The translations under genes were made by a program, and so were the position numbers. DNA of 64,000 nucleotides, taken from Tepidisphaera sp. Its GTDB lineage: Bacteria > Planctomycetota > Phycisphaerae > Phycisphaerales > UBA1924. The DNA is taken from positions 3,456,001 through 3,520,000 of the forward strand of contig CP051526.1 in assembly GCA_050916045.1 (NCBI GenBank). Direction: 5' to 3'. Positions 38,288 through 47,381 of this stretch are shown here, in pieces (within the stretch, counting starts at the first letter, position 1; every line of letters starts with the position of its first letter). Under the pieces are notes generated by a model. That model was not told the origin of the DNA. It saw nothing but the letters and a program-made list of their open reading frames with translations, and searched no databases.

Positions 38288-39469
38288 ATGTTCGGCTCAC
38301 ACCTCTCCATCGCCGGCTCGATGGTCAACGCCCTCACCGAAGCCGTCACCCTCGGCCTCGACACCGTCCAGGTCTTCACCAAAAACCAGCAGCAATGGGC
38401 CGCCAAGCCGCTCGATCCCGGCATGGTCCGCGACTGGCACGCCAAGGTGACGGAGATCGGCTTCGATCAAGGCGGACCCGTCGACGCCAAAGGCAAGCAC
38501 CGCGGCGGCATCACAAGCCACGCTTCCTACCTCATCAACCTCGCCGCGCCCGACGACACGCTCTGGAACAAGTCGATCGACCTCATGGTCGACGAGATCG
38601 AACGCTGCGAAACCCTCGGCATCCCCTTCCTCGTCCACCACCCCGGCGCCTACACCACCTCCTCGCTCGAAGCCGGCCTCGCCCGCATCGCCTCCGCGTA
38701 CAAGATGCTCTTCCAGCGCACCAAGGGCTTCGCCACCGTCTCCTGCCTCGAAGGCACCGTCGGCGCCGGCTCACAGATCGGCGGCCCCTTCGAAGAACTC
38801 GCAAGCCTCCGCGCTCAGATCATCGAAACCACCGGCGAGCCCGCCCGCATCGGCTTCTGCCTCGACACCTGCCACATGCACGCCGCCGGATACGACATGG
38901 CCACACGGACTTCGGGCGACAAAGCCCTCGCCGAGTTCGACCGCCTCTGCGGCCTCGACCACCTCAAAGCCTTCCACCTCAACGACAGCAAAGGCCCCGT
39001 CGGAAGCCACCTCGACCGCCACATGCACATCGGCGAAGGCACCATCGGCGGCGGAGGGGTCGGACACCCTCCCGGCGACTTCGCCCGCGTCCAAGACTCC
39101 GGCTTCGCGTCCGTCGTGAACCACCCCAAGCTCGCACGCGTACCCAAGCATCTCGAAACCCCCAAGGACGACCCCGTCGGCGGCGTCGCTTGGGACACCC
39201 TCAACGTCGCCCGCCTCCGCGCCCTCCTCCCCGGCCAAGCCGCCCTCTGGCCCGCCCGGTCCGAAGCCCCCGTCTCCAAAGCCGCCACCACCGAACCCAA
39301 ACTCGCGAAAACTACAGCCGCTCCCGCCAAAACCCCGACCAAACCCAAAGCCGCACCCCGCCCGGGAAAGCCCGCCGCCAAGGGCCAACAATCGACCGCG
39401 AGCAAAGGCCAAGCCAAACCGGCTCCCAAGCCCGCTCGCAAGCCCATCAAGGGGCGCGCCAAAGCCTGA
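38288..39469 (+). CDS. nfo: Endonuclease IV with Lys/Pro/Ala-rich C-terminal tail
   Basis: FGSHLSIAG, SHASYLINL, HHPG, CLDTCH, HLNDSK, DRHMHIG and LETPK. Confidence 0.92.
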   Translation: MFGSHLSIAGSMVNALTEAVTLGLDTVQVFTKNQQQWAAKPLDPGMVRDWHAKVTEIGFDQGGPVDAKGKHRGGITSHASYLINLAAPDDTLWNKSIDLMVDEIERCETLGIPFLVHHPGAYTTSSLEAGLARIASAYKMLFQRTKGFATVSCLEGTVGAGSQIGGPFEELASLRAQIIETTGEPARIGFCLDTCHMHAAGYDMATRTSGDKALAEFDRLCGLDHLKAFHLNDSKGPVGSHLDRHMHIGEGTIGGGGVGHPPGDFARVQDSGFASVVNHPKLARVPKHLETPKDDPVGGVAWDTLNVARLRALLPGQAALWPARSEAPVSKAATTEPKLAKTTAAPAKTPTKPKAAPRPGKPAAKGQQSTASKGQAKPAPKPARKPIKGRAKA

Positions 39470-39486
39470 CCTCAACCGGAGACGCG

Positions 39487-40518
39487 ATGACCCTTCAGCC
39501 TCGTCCGCACGCCCGACTCGCCACCCTCGCTTCCGCAGCTCTCCTCGCGCTCGCCGCCGGCGGATGCCGCTACGAGCCCTACACCGTCCAGAAGCCCGAT
39601 GTCTCCTCCCCCCCCAAGCTCAAGTCCACCGACCGCGTCGCCGCCGAGTCCGTCCTTCGCGCCCGCCGCCTCCTCGACCAGGGCCTCGACACCCAGGCTC
39701 TCTCCGAGTTCGAGCGCGCCATCGAGAACAACCCCCTCCTCGTCGGCGCCTACATGTCCGCCGGCGACATCTACATGAAGCAGGGCGATTTCGACATGGC
39801 CGCCCTCCGCTTTGGCGAAGCCGCCCGCCTCGCCCCGCAAAGCTACGACGCCAACTTCAAGTGGGGTCAGGCTCTCCAGGCCCTCGGTCAGGCCGTCGAA
39901 GCCGTCCGCGCCTACCTCATCGCGCTGGCCATCAAGCCCAACGACCCCGCCGCCAACATGAACGTCAGCGTCGCCTACCTCCAGATGAACGACGCCGAAC
40001 GCGCCCTCCCCTACGCCGAAAAAGCCGTCAAGCTCGAACCCATGAACCCCAAAGCCCACACCAACCTGGGCTCCATCTACTCCGCTCTCGGTCGCCACGA
40101 CGAAGCCGTCAGCGAATACCTCCAGGCCAACGAGCTCCTGCCCCCCTCCACGCAGGTCCTCCTCAACCTCGCCGACAGCCTCATCAAGTCCAACCAGCTC
40201 GAGCAGGCCGCCAACACCCTCGAGCAGGTTATCAAGATCGAGCCCTCCGCCAACGCCTACGAACGCCTCGGCTTCGTCAACTTCCGCATGCGCAAGTACG
40301 AGGAGTCCAAAGCCGCGTTCCTCACCGCGCTGGAAATCGACCCGAACCACTTCCCCTCTCTCAACGGCGCCGCCGTCTGCTACCTCAACGCCTACGAGTT
40401 CGAGAAGAACGACGCCGACCGGCAGGAAGCCGTCAAGCTCCTCCGCCGCTCGCTCACCCTCAACCGCGATCAGCCGCGCTTCGCCGCGTTCCTCGCCAAG
40501 TATCAACTCGCGAAGTAA
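39487..40518 (+). CDS. TPR-repeat lipoprotein
   Basis: Lipobox AAGGC followed by multiple TPR repeats. Confidence 0.8.
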   Translation: MTLQPRPHARLATLASAALLALAAGGCRYEPYTVQKPDVSSPPKLKSTDRVAAESVLRARRLLDQGLDTQALSEFERAIENNPLLVGAYMSAGDIYMKQGDFDMAALRFGEAARLAPQSYDANFKWGQALQALGQAVEAVRAYLIALAIKPNDPAANMNVSVAYLQMNDAERALPYAEKAVKLEPMNPKAHTNLGSIYSALGRHDEAVSEYLQANELLPPSTQVLLNLADSLIKSNQLEQAANTLEQVIKIEPSANAYERLGFVNFRMRKYEESKAAFLTALEIDPNHFPSLNGAAVCYLNAYEFEKNDADRQEAVKLLRRSLTLNRDQPRFAAFLAKYQLAK

Positions 40519-40565
40519 CCCCACTCCAACGCTTCGGGCGACGCGCCCCACAGGACCCCCGCCGC

Positions 40566-40943
40566 ATGGACCGTTCGCTTCTTGAGTGCTTCCCCGCTCC
40601 CACCGACACGCCCTTCGTCATCGAGCACATCTCCGACGAATTCACAAGCGTCTGCCCCAAGACCGGCCACCCGGACTTCGGCGCCGTCACGCTCATCTAC
40701 CAGCCACGCCCCGCCAAAGCCGGCGGCCTCTGTGTCGAGCTCAAAAGCCTCAAGCTCTACTACCAGGCCTTCCGCAACAAGGGCATCTTCTACGAAGCGG
40801 TCACCAACCAGATCCGCGATGACCTCGCGTCCGTGATCAACCCCGCCTGGCTCATCATCCGCACCGACTGGCGCGGCCGCGGCGGCATCCGCTCGATCAT
40901 CCGCGCCGAGCAAGGCGACGTCCCGGCGCACCACCGGCACTGA
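40566..40943 (+). CDS. queF: NADPH-dependent preQ0 reductase (short form)
   Basis: EFTSVCPKTGHPDFG, VELKSLKLY and RGGI. Confidence 0.92.
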   Translation: MDRSLLECFPAPTDTPFVIEHISDEFTSVCPKTGHPDFGAVTLIYQPRPAKAGGLCVELKSLKLYYQAFRNKGIFYEAVTNQIRDDLASVINPAWLIIRTDWRGRGGIRSIIRAEQGDVPAHHRH

Positions 40944-40949
40944 CTCGCT

Positions 40950-41369
40950 TTAGCATCCCTGCTCGAACGCGCCGACGAACCCGTCGTAATCAAAGAAGTC
41001 GATGAACCCGTCCCGGTTGAAGTCCGCCTTCACGGTTCCGGACTCAAAACTCCCGACAAACTCGTCGTAATCGAAGAAGTCGACGAACCCGTCCCGGTTG
41101 AAGTCCGGCAGGCAGGGCACACGCTCGGGCGGGGCCGCCACGACCCAGTAGCCGCCGATCAGCTCCACGCCGTCTCCCGTCAGCGTCGTCGCGCCCTCCG
41201 GCTGGCCGATCGTCGCGACAAGCTCGTAGTCCCCGCCCGACAAAAGCCCGCCGCCACCATCCAGCGTCGACCAGATCAGCAGGTACTCATCGTTCGCCGA
41301 CGCGGCCACGGCGCACGCCATCGCGGCTCCCACACCCGCAAGCATCGCACTCCGCTTGAGGTTCTTCAT
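40950..41369 (-). CDS. Small secreted protein with GC-ending dockerin-like domain
   Basis: Signal peptide; WSTLDGGGG...GGDYELVATIGQP...GGYW; two DFNRDGF(V/I)DFFDYD repeats ending in GC. Confidence 0.85.
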   Translation of the reverse strand: MKNLKRSAMLAGVGAAMACAVAASANDEYLLIWSTLDGGGGLLSGGDYELVATIGQPEGATTLTGDGVELIGGYWVVAAPPERVPCLPDFNRDGFVDFFDYDEFVGSFESGTVKADFNRDGFIDFFDYDGFVGAFEQGC

Positions 41370-44300
41370 CGCCGCACCGCCGGTTCAACGCGAACCGGGA
41401 CCGCCGCAGCCGGCATCTCCGGGCTGGGTGCGACCCGCATGCTCTCAGGCTTGCCGTACGCTTCCGGCGCGAGGAACTTCCCGATGTCCGCGCCCGTCTT
41501 GGGCTCTTCGACAGGCACGCGGTTCTTGTTCGCCCACGGGTCGCGGCGGACGCCGGTCACCGTCCACGACACCTCAAGCCCCTCGAACCCGCCCGCGATC
41601 TCGAACCGGCCGTCCTTCACCTTCGCCGCGATGTACACCGGAGCGTACCCGCCGACGCACGTCAGTTGATACCGGCAGTCGCCGTTGAGCGCCTCGAAGT
41701 AATCAGGCATCTCGACCCACGCCCGGCCGCCCGGACCAAGCGTCGCGATGCCGTCGTAGAACGTCTTCATCTCCGGGCTTTCCATCGAGACGTGGTTCAG
41801 ATACTTCCGCTCGGGATCCAACGGGTGATCGATCCGGAACGACTTGCTCGAAGCGAAGATCGACCCGGTGATGTTGACGTTGCCCGCGAACCAGCCCGCC
41901 CACGAATTGGTGAGCACCGGCGCCTCCGCGAACAGAGCGTACCTCGTGTTCCCGTTGATGGCCGTGCTGCTCACGTGACCGTAGATCGCCGTGCCCTGGT
42001 CGCTCGCGTTGGTCGCGAACAGGCCGAAGCTCGCTCCCGTCGAGGCCGTTGCCTTTGCCACCATGCCGCGCCCGAGCGACCCGGTCGCGATCCCCTGCAC
42101 GCCGGTGAACGGCGAGGTGCCGAAGACCGCCGTGCCCGCCGATGAAGACGCTTGCGAGTAGACGCCGTAGTTGACGCCGGTGATCGCCGCGTTGCTCGCG
42201 AACACCGCGCGACCGTTGACGTTGTTCGTCTCCGCCCACACGCCGTTGAGATTGCCGTTGCCGTACACGCCCGTGCCCACCGCGGAAGAGCTCAAGCCCT
42301 GCACACCGAAAGCGTTGCCCGTCTGGCCCGAGTTGGTGCCAAGCACAGCCACGCCCGTGCTCGAGTTGCTCTCCCCCTGCACGCCCGCGCCAGCACCGAA
42401 CCCATACGTCCCGATGCCCGTCGGGCTGCTCGAAAGCCCGCGCACGCCGAACGAAAGCCCGCTCGACGCCGTGTTCAGCGCGTACACCGCGTTGCCGTTG
42501 GAATTGCTGCTCTGCGCGAGAATCGCGTTGTTCCCGCCGCTCACCACATGCAGCGAGTCAAGCGGCGTCGTCGTGCCGATGCCCACGCGCCCGGCCGTGT
42601 AATTGGTGTGCGCGCCGTTCAGATTCCACGGCGATGCACCCGCCGGCCCCACAGGCCCCTGCGGACCAGTATCGCCGGTCAAACCCTGCGGACCCTGAAC
42701 ACCCTGAGGCCCCTGCGGACCAGCGGGGCCCACCGGACCGGTCAAGCCCATCGGCCCCATCGGCCCGACGATTCCGCGTTCACCCTGCTTGCCCTCCGGA
42801 CCTTCAAGCCCCTCAGGCCCCTGCGGACCCACCGGGCCCGGAACGCCTTGCGGACCCTGCAGACCTGCCGGACCGGTCGCGCCTGCCGGCCCCTCAACAC
42901 CCTGCGGACCCATCAGGCCCTGCTCACCTTGCGGTCCCTGCGGACCGGCGGGACCAATGTCACCCTGCGGACCAGCGGGACCAGCGTCCCCCTGCAGGCC
43001 CTGAGGGCCTGCGGGACCAATGTCACCCTGTGGACCAGCGGGCCCGACGTCACCACGCGAAGCCACGAGTTCCCACGATGACGGGCTCGACGATGGATCG
43101 TTCCCGATGTTCGCTTCGACCACGCTCCGATACGACGACCCGCCGAAGGTCACCACGTCGCTGATCGCGTACGTCGATTCGACGCTCCATGAGCCACGCC
43201 ACACCATCCCCGCAGCGCCCGCAGGACCAGCTTCTCCCTGCGGACCTTGAGGACCGGCGGGGCCGACGTCACCTTGCAGGCCCTGAGGGCCCGCGGGACC
43301 AATGTCACCCTGTGGACCAGCAGGACCAGCATCGCCCTGCGGGCCAGCAGGACCGACATCACCTTGCGGTCCTGCAGGACCGACATCACCCTGCGGACCA
43401 GCGGGGCCGACGTCGCCTTGCGGACCCTGAGGGCCAGCCGGACCAATGTCACCTTGCGGACCAGCGGGTCCGATGTCGCCTTGCGGCCCTTGCGGTCCAG
43501 CCGGACCAACATCCCCTTGCGGACCCGTCGCACCCTGTGTGCCCTTGATCGCAACCGGCGCCCACGAAGCAGGATTCGTCGAAGGCTCATTCGCGAGGTT
43601 CGGCTCAACCACGCTCCGGTACGACGAGCCGTCGAAGTACACGACATCATTGATCGCGTACGAAGTCTCCGCACTCCACTCACCACGCCACATCAGCCCC
43701 GGCGAGCCGGGAGGACCCTCCGGACCCGCTGGACCCGCATCGCCCTGCGGGCCAGCGGGGCCAATATCGCCTTGCGGCCCAACCGGACCGGTCGGACCTG
43801 CATCGCCCTGAGGACCTGTGGGACCAATGTCACCCTGCGGACCAGCGGGACCAACGTCACCCTGGGGCCCCTGAGGACCGACAGGACCGACGTCGCCCTG
43901 CAGACCTGCAGGACCGACTTCACCTTGCGGACCCTGCGGACCCGCGGGACCAACGTCGCCCTGAGGGCCTGCGGGGCCCGTATCGCCCTGAAGTCCTTGC
44001 GGCCCTGCAGGACCGACATCACCCTGCGGTCCCTGCAGACCGGCGGGACCGACGTCACCTTGAAGGCCCTGAGGGCCTGCGGGACCAATGTCACCTTGTG
44101 GACCAGCGGGTCCGACGTCACCACGCGAAGCCACGAGTTCCCACGACGCCGGGCTCGACGATGGATCGTTCCCGATATTCGCTTCGACCACGCTCCGGTA
44201 CGACGACCCGCCAAAGGTCACCACATCGCTGATCGCGTACGTCGATTCGACGCTCCATGAACCCCGCCACACCATCCCCGCAGCGCCCGCAGGACCAGCT

Positions 44301-46123
44301 TCTCCCTGCGGACCTTGAGGACCTGCGGGACCGACATCACCTTGCAGGCCCTGAGGACCGGCGGGGCCGACGTCGCCTTGCAGGCCCTGAGGACCGGCGG
44401 GGCCGACGTCGCCTTGCAGGCCCTGAGGGCCGGCGGGGCCGACGTCGCCTTGCGGACCAACCGGACCGGCCGGACCTGCATCGCCCTGAGGGCCTGTGGG
44501 ACCAATGTCACCCTGCGGACCAGCGGGACCAGCGTCCCCCTGCAGGCCCTGAGGGCCTGCGGGACCAATGTCACCCTGTGGACCAGCGGGCCCGACGTCA
44601 CCACGCGAAGCCACGAGTTCCCACGACGCCGGGCTCGACGATGGATCGTTCCCGATGTTCGCTTCGACCACGCTCCGATACGACGACCCGCCAAAGGTCA
44701 CCACATCGCTGATCGCGTACGTCGATTCGACGTTCCATGAGCCACGCCACACCATCCCCGCAGCGCCCGCAGGACCAGCTTCTCCCTGCGGACCTTGAGG
44801 ACCGGCGGGGCCGACGTCACCTTGCAGGCCCTGAGGGCCAGCCGGACCAATATCACCTTGCGGTCCTGCAGGACCGACATCACCCTGCGGACCAGCGGGA
44901 CCAGCATCGCCCTGCGGGCCTTGCTGGCCAGCAACGCCGTCCGCGCCCTTGATCGCAACGGGAGCCCAGAGCGCCGGGCTCATCACCGGATCGTTCCCCG
45001 TGTTGCCATCCGCGAGGCTTCGATACGACGAGCCACCAACGTACACCACGTCGTTGGTCGCGTACGTCGCTTCGACGCTCCACGTGCCAAGCCACACCAG
45101 CCCCGCTTGGCCCGAAGCGCCCTGCGGACCCACTTCCCCCTGCGGCCCCTGCGGACCGGCGGGACCTTGCTCACCCTGAATGCCCTGAGGACCGGCAGGA
45201 CCGACTTCGCCCTGTGCACCCTGTGCACCCGCCGGGCCCTGCTCACCCTGAACACCCTGCGGGCCCGCCGGACCGACATCACCCTGCGGCCCCGCTTGCC
45301 CCTGCGGGCCCTGCGGACCGGCCGGACCCTGATCACCCTGAACCCCCGGTGAGCCCGTCGCGCCCTTCAAAGCCATCAGCGTCCACGCCGCCGGACTCGT
45401 CGTCGGATCGTTCCCGAGGTTCGCCGCGATCACGCTTCGATAGCTCGACCCGTCAAAGTAAACGACATCGTTCTCGGCATACGAGGTCCCGATGTCCCAC
45501 GTCCCGCTCCACGTCACACCGCCCGGACCAGCCGGACCAGCGGGCCCTGCATTCCCCTGCGGCCCCGCGGGACCTACCGCACCCGCGTCACCCTGCGGAC
45601 CAGCGGGGCCGACATCACCCTGCGGCCCCATCGGACCAGCCGGCCCCACGTCACCCTGAGGTCCCGCAGGACCCGCCGGGCCTTGCTCACCCTGCGGGCC
45701 GGGAACCGTGTTCAGAGCGTGAATCGCGTACGGCGTCGCTTTGATCGCATGGCGCGAACCCAGAAGCGTGAAGCTCCCCGAACCGCCGGGCGCGCGCACT
45801 TCCACCTCAATCCACCGCGCATCGCCCGGGAACGCGCCCGCTCCGAAATCAAGCTCGACGTTGAACCGACCCTCGACAAGCTCAAGCAGATCAATGCCGA
45901 GCGTCGAGCCGATCTGGTTCCCGCCCGCACCCGCGTCATAAAGCCGGAACCGAAAATCCGTCTGCCCGGCGATCAGCACACCGTTCTTCTTCACCTGGCC
46001 CTGGTACACAAAACCAGTCCCCGTCGGTTCCGCCCACGCCGACCGCATCGGCAAAGCCACCCCCGCGACAGCGCCCAGCGCCATCATGACCGTTGCCAAC
46101 CACGCACGCGTGCAGCGCTTCAC
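41366..46123 (-). CDS. Collagen-like / tail-fibre-like secreted protein (~1585 aa; ORF open to 46150)
   Basis: Signal peptide; FVYQGQ...FRLYD...LDFG..AF.G.ARW N-domain; long Gly-X-Y tracts interrupted by six W..TY...DVV..GSSY modules; [13 protein letters not shown] repeats; C-terminal FRIDHPLDP domain. Confidence 0.88.
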   Translation of the reverse strand: MKRCTRAWLATVMMALGAVAGVALPMRSAWAEPTGTGFVYQGQVKKNGVLIAGQTDFRFRLYDAGAGGNQIGSTLGIDLLELVEGRFNVELDFGAGAFPGDARWIEVEVRAPGGSGSFTLLGSRHAIKATPYAIHALNTVPGPQGEQGPAGPAGPQGDVGPAGPMGPQGDVGPAGPQGDAGAVGPAGPQGNAGPAGPAGPGGVTWSGTWDIGTSYAENDVVYFDGSSYRSVIAANLGNDPTTSPAAWTLMALKGATGSPGVQGDQGPAGPQGPQGQAGPQGDVGPAGPQGVQGEQGPAGAQGAQGEVGPAGPQGIQGEQGPAGPQGPQGEVGPQGASGQAGLVWLGTWSVEATYATNDVVYVGGSSYRSLADGNTGNDPVMSPALWAPVAIKGADGVAGQQGPQGDAGPAGPQGDVGPAGPQGDIGPAGPQGLQGDVGPAGPQGPQGEAGPAGAAGMVWRGSWNVESTYAISDVVTFGGSSYRSVVEANIGNDPSSSPASWELVASRGDVGPAGPQGDIGPAGPQGLQGDAGPAGPQGDIGPTGPQGDAGPAGPVGPQGDVGPAGPQGLQGDVGPAGPQGLQGDVGPAGPQGLQGDVGPAGPQGPQGEAGPAGAAGMVWRGSWSVESTYAISDVVTFGGSSYRSVVEANIGNDPSSSPASWELVASRGDVGPAGPQGDIGPAGPQGLQGDVGPAGLQGPQGDVGPAGPQGLQGDTGPAGPQGDVGPAGPQGPQGEVGPAGLQGDVGPVGPQGPQGDVGPAGPQGDIGPTGPQGDAGPTGPVGPQGDIGPAGPQGDAGPAGPEGPPGSPGLMWRGEWSAETSYAINDVVYFDGSSYRSVVEPNLANEPSTNPASWAPVAIKGTQGATGPQGDVGPAGPQGPQGDIGPAGPQGDIGPAGPQGPQGDVGPAGPQGDVGPAGPQGDVGPAGPQGDAGPAGPQGDIGPAGPQGLQGDVGPAGPQGPQGEAGPAGAAGMVWRGSWSVESTYAISDVVTFGGSSYRSVVEANIGNDPSSSPSSWELVASRGDVGPAGPQGDIGPAGPQGLQGDAGPAGPQGDIGPAGPQGPQGEQGLMGPQGVEGPAGATGPAGLQGPQGVPGPVGPQGPEGLEGPEGKQGERGIVGPMGPMGLTGPVGPAGPQGPQGVQGPQGLTGDTGPQGPVGPAGASPWNLNGAHTNYTAGRVGIGTTTPLDSLHVVSGGNNAILAQSSNSNGNAVYALNTASSGLSFGVRGLSSSPTGIGTYGFGAGAGVQGESNSSTGVAVLGTNSGQTGNAFGVQGLSSSAVGTGVYGNGNLNGVWAETNNVNGRAVFASNAAITGVNYGVYSQASSSAGTAVFGTSPFTGVQGIATGSLGRGMVAKATASTGASFGLFATNASDQGTAIYGHVSSTAINGNTRYALFAEAPVLTNSWAGWFAGNVNITGSIFASSKSFRIDHPLDPERKYLNHVSMESPEMKTFYDGIATLGPGGRAWVEMPDYFEALNGDCRYQLTCVGGYAPVYIAAKVKDGRFEIAGGFEGLEVSWTVTGVRRDPWANKNRVPVEEPKTGADIGKFLAPEAYGKPESMRVAPSPEMPAAAVPVRVEPAVRR
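43020..44800 (-). repeat. Three near-identical module-plus-collagen units and a 36-bp x3 tandem repeat inside the fibre gene
   Basis: Units at about 43020-43250, 44088-44318 and 44568-44798. CCTTGCAGGCCCTGAGGACCGGCGGGGCCGACGTCG x3 at about 44340-44447 (third copy has one mismatch). Confidence 0.85.
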
Positions 46124-46422
46124 CACGAGACCCTCCTCGGCCCACCCCAATCCGTCTGATCCCGGCCGAGTCTCCCCTCGACGGGCTCATTTCCCTCTCC
46201 AATCTAACCCAAACTGACCAAAACACCACCCCGACCACCCCGAACCGAGCATTTGCACATGTTTCGTCGCGACAATCGATTGCACGACCGAACATAATGC
46301 GAATAACTTATCCGCCCTTCGGACCCCTCAAGAACGCAACAAACGCGCCGTTCTCACGCGCAAAGCGTCAACTCTTCACATTCGCAGCACTTTCCCGCGC
46401 GGATTTGGGCAAACTCTCGGAT

Positions 46423-47124
46423 TCAGGCCGAAGCCCGGCCGGCTTTCGCCGCGCGTCCGAAAGCGTCAGCCAAGTGATGAGCCGCCATGCAGAGCATCAC
46501 CGCCGCCACAAATCCCGCCAGAAGCGTCCCGCCCAACCGCGCCCACGTGGGAATCGCCGCAAGTGAAGCTGCGATCCCAAGCCTCCCACCCAACGTCACC
46601 ACCACCAGCAGCGCCAGCGACGGCATCGCCAAAAGCACACCCTTGATCGCCGGGACCCGAGACGCCCGATCTCGCTCGACCGCCGACCACAGAGCGATCA
46701 CCGCCAGCGAAACCGCCACCAACACCTCGGCCGCCACCCAGAGCTTCATGTCCAGCGGACCCAGAACCCCTCGATGGGCGACAAAGCTCAGCATCCCCCC
46801 CACCAGAACCGAACCCGCCGCGCACAAAAGCCCCAGCACCGGGCCCGCCGCAAAGCAGCCCCGGCTCCAGACAAGTCCGAAAACCCCGCCCAGAACGACC
46901 AGCCCCTGAAGGCCCGCCACCGCCCACAATGCCTCGGGCTGGGCCCGCGCCGCGAAAAAGCCAGCTCCGCACGCCGCGAGCATCACGCCCAGCGAGAGCA
47001 CCGCCGCCGCCGCGCGCATCGCAAGCGGTGCCGGCGAGAACTCGGGCGCGACAGGCAAAGTCATCGGAAGGGGAGCAGTGGTCATGGTGTCACCATCGAC
47101 AATCGGGCGGCCTGCGGACGGCAT
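46423..47124 (-). CDS. Hypothetical multi-pass membrane protein (start may be 47085)
   Basis: About six hydrophobic helices. Confidence 0.65.
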   Translation of the reverse strand: MPSAGRPIVDGDTMTTAPLPMTLPVAPEFSPAPLAMRAAAAVLSLGVMLAACGAGFFAARAQPEALWAVAGLQGLVVLGGVFGLVWSRGCFAAGPVLGLLCAAGSVLVGGMLSFVAHRGVLGPLDMKLWVAAEVLVAVSLAVIALWSAVERDRASRVPAIKGVLLAMPSLALLVVVTLGGRLGIAASLAAIPTWARLGGTLLAGFVAAVMLCMAAHHLADAFGRAAKAGRASA

Positions 47125-47381
47125 TCGAGCGTACGTCCGCGCGTGCTTTGGGTTCGCTCATCCTATGTGGGCCCGGTAACCCCCCGCGCGACCCCCGGAA
47201 CGTCCCATAGGCAACGTCCAGTTTCTCCCGTTCAATACCCCGCACCAATAGCCCGATCTACTGGGAGACACGTCTTCGCGCCCGAAATCCGTTTCGAGGG
47301 TGCGGTGGCGTGTGTCCGAGACGGGACGAAAGACCGGGCGATGGTTCGCGGGAACCACCCACCGAGTCGACGGAGGCGACC

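Noticed and set aside
40519..40565. preQ1 riboswitch before queF
   Set aside because: Short C-rich gap without the stem plus A-rich tail of preQ1 aptamers.
38395..40943. Long ORF-track versions (707 aa, 459 aa) suggesting fusions or frameshifts among nfo, TPR and queF
   Set aside because: The N-terminal extensions are off-frame overlaps with upstream genes. Each gene has its own plausible start (39487, 40566).
42640..45710. Repeat-rich region as a possible CRISPR array or non-coding repeat
   Set aside because: The repeats are in-frame Gly-X-Y codons with no unique spacers, and there are no cas genes.
41366..46150. Prophage or tailocin origin for the fibre gene
   Set aside because: It has a signal peptide, and there are no neighbouring capsid, tail, baseplate or lysis genes.
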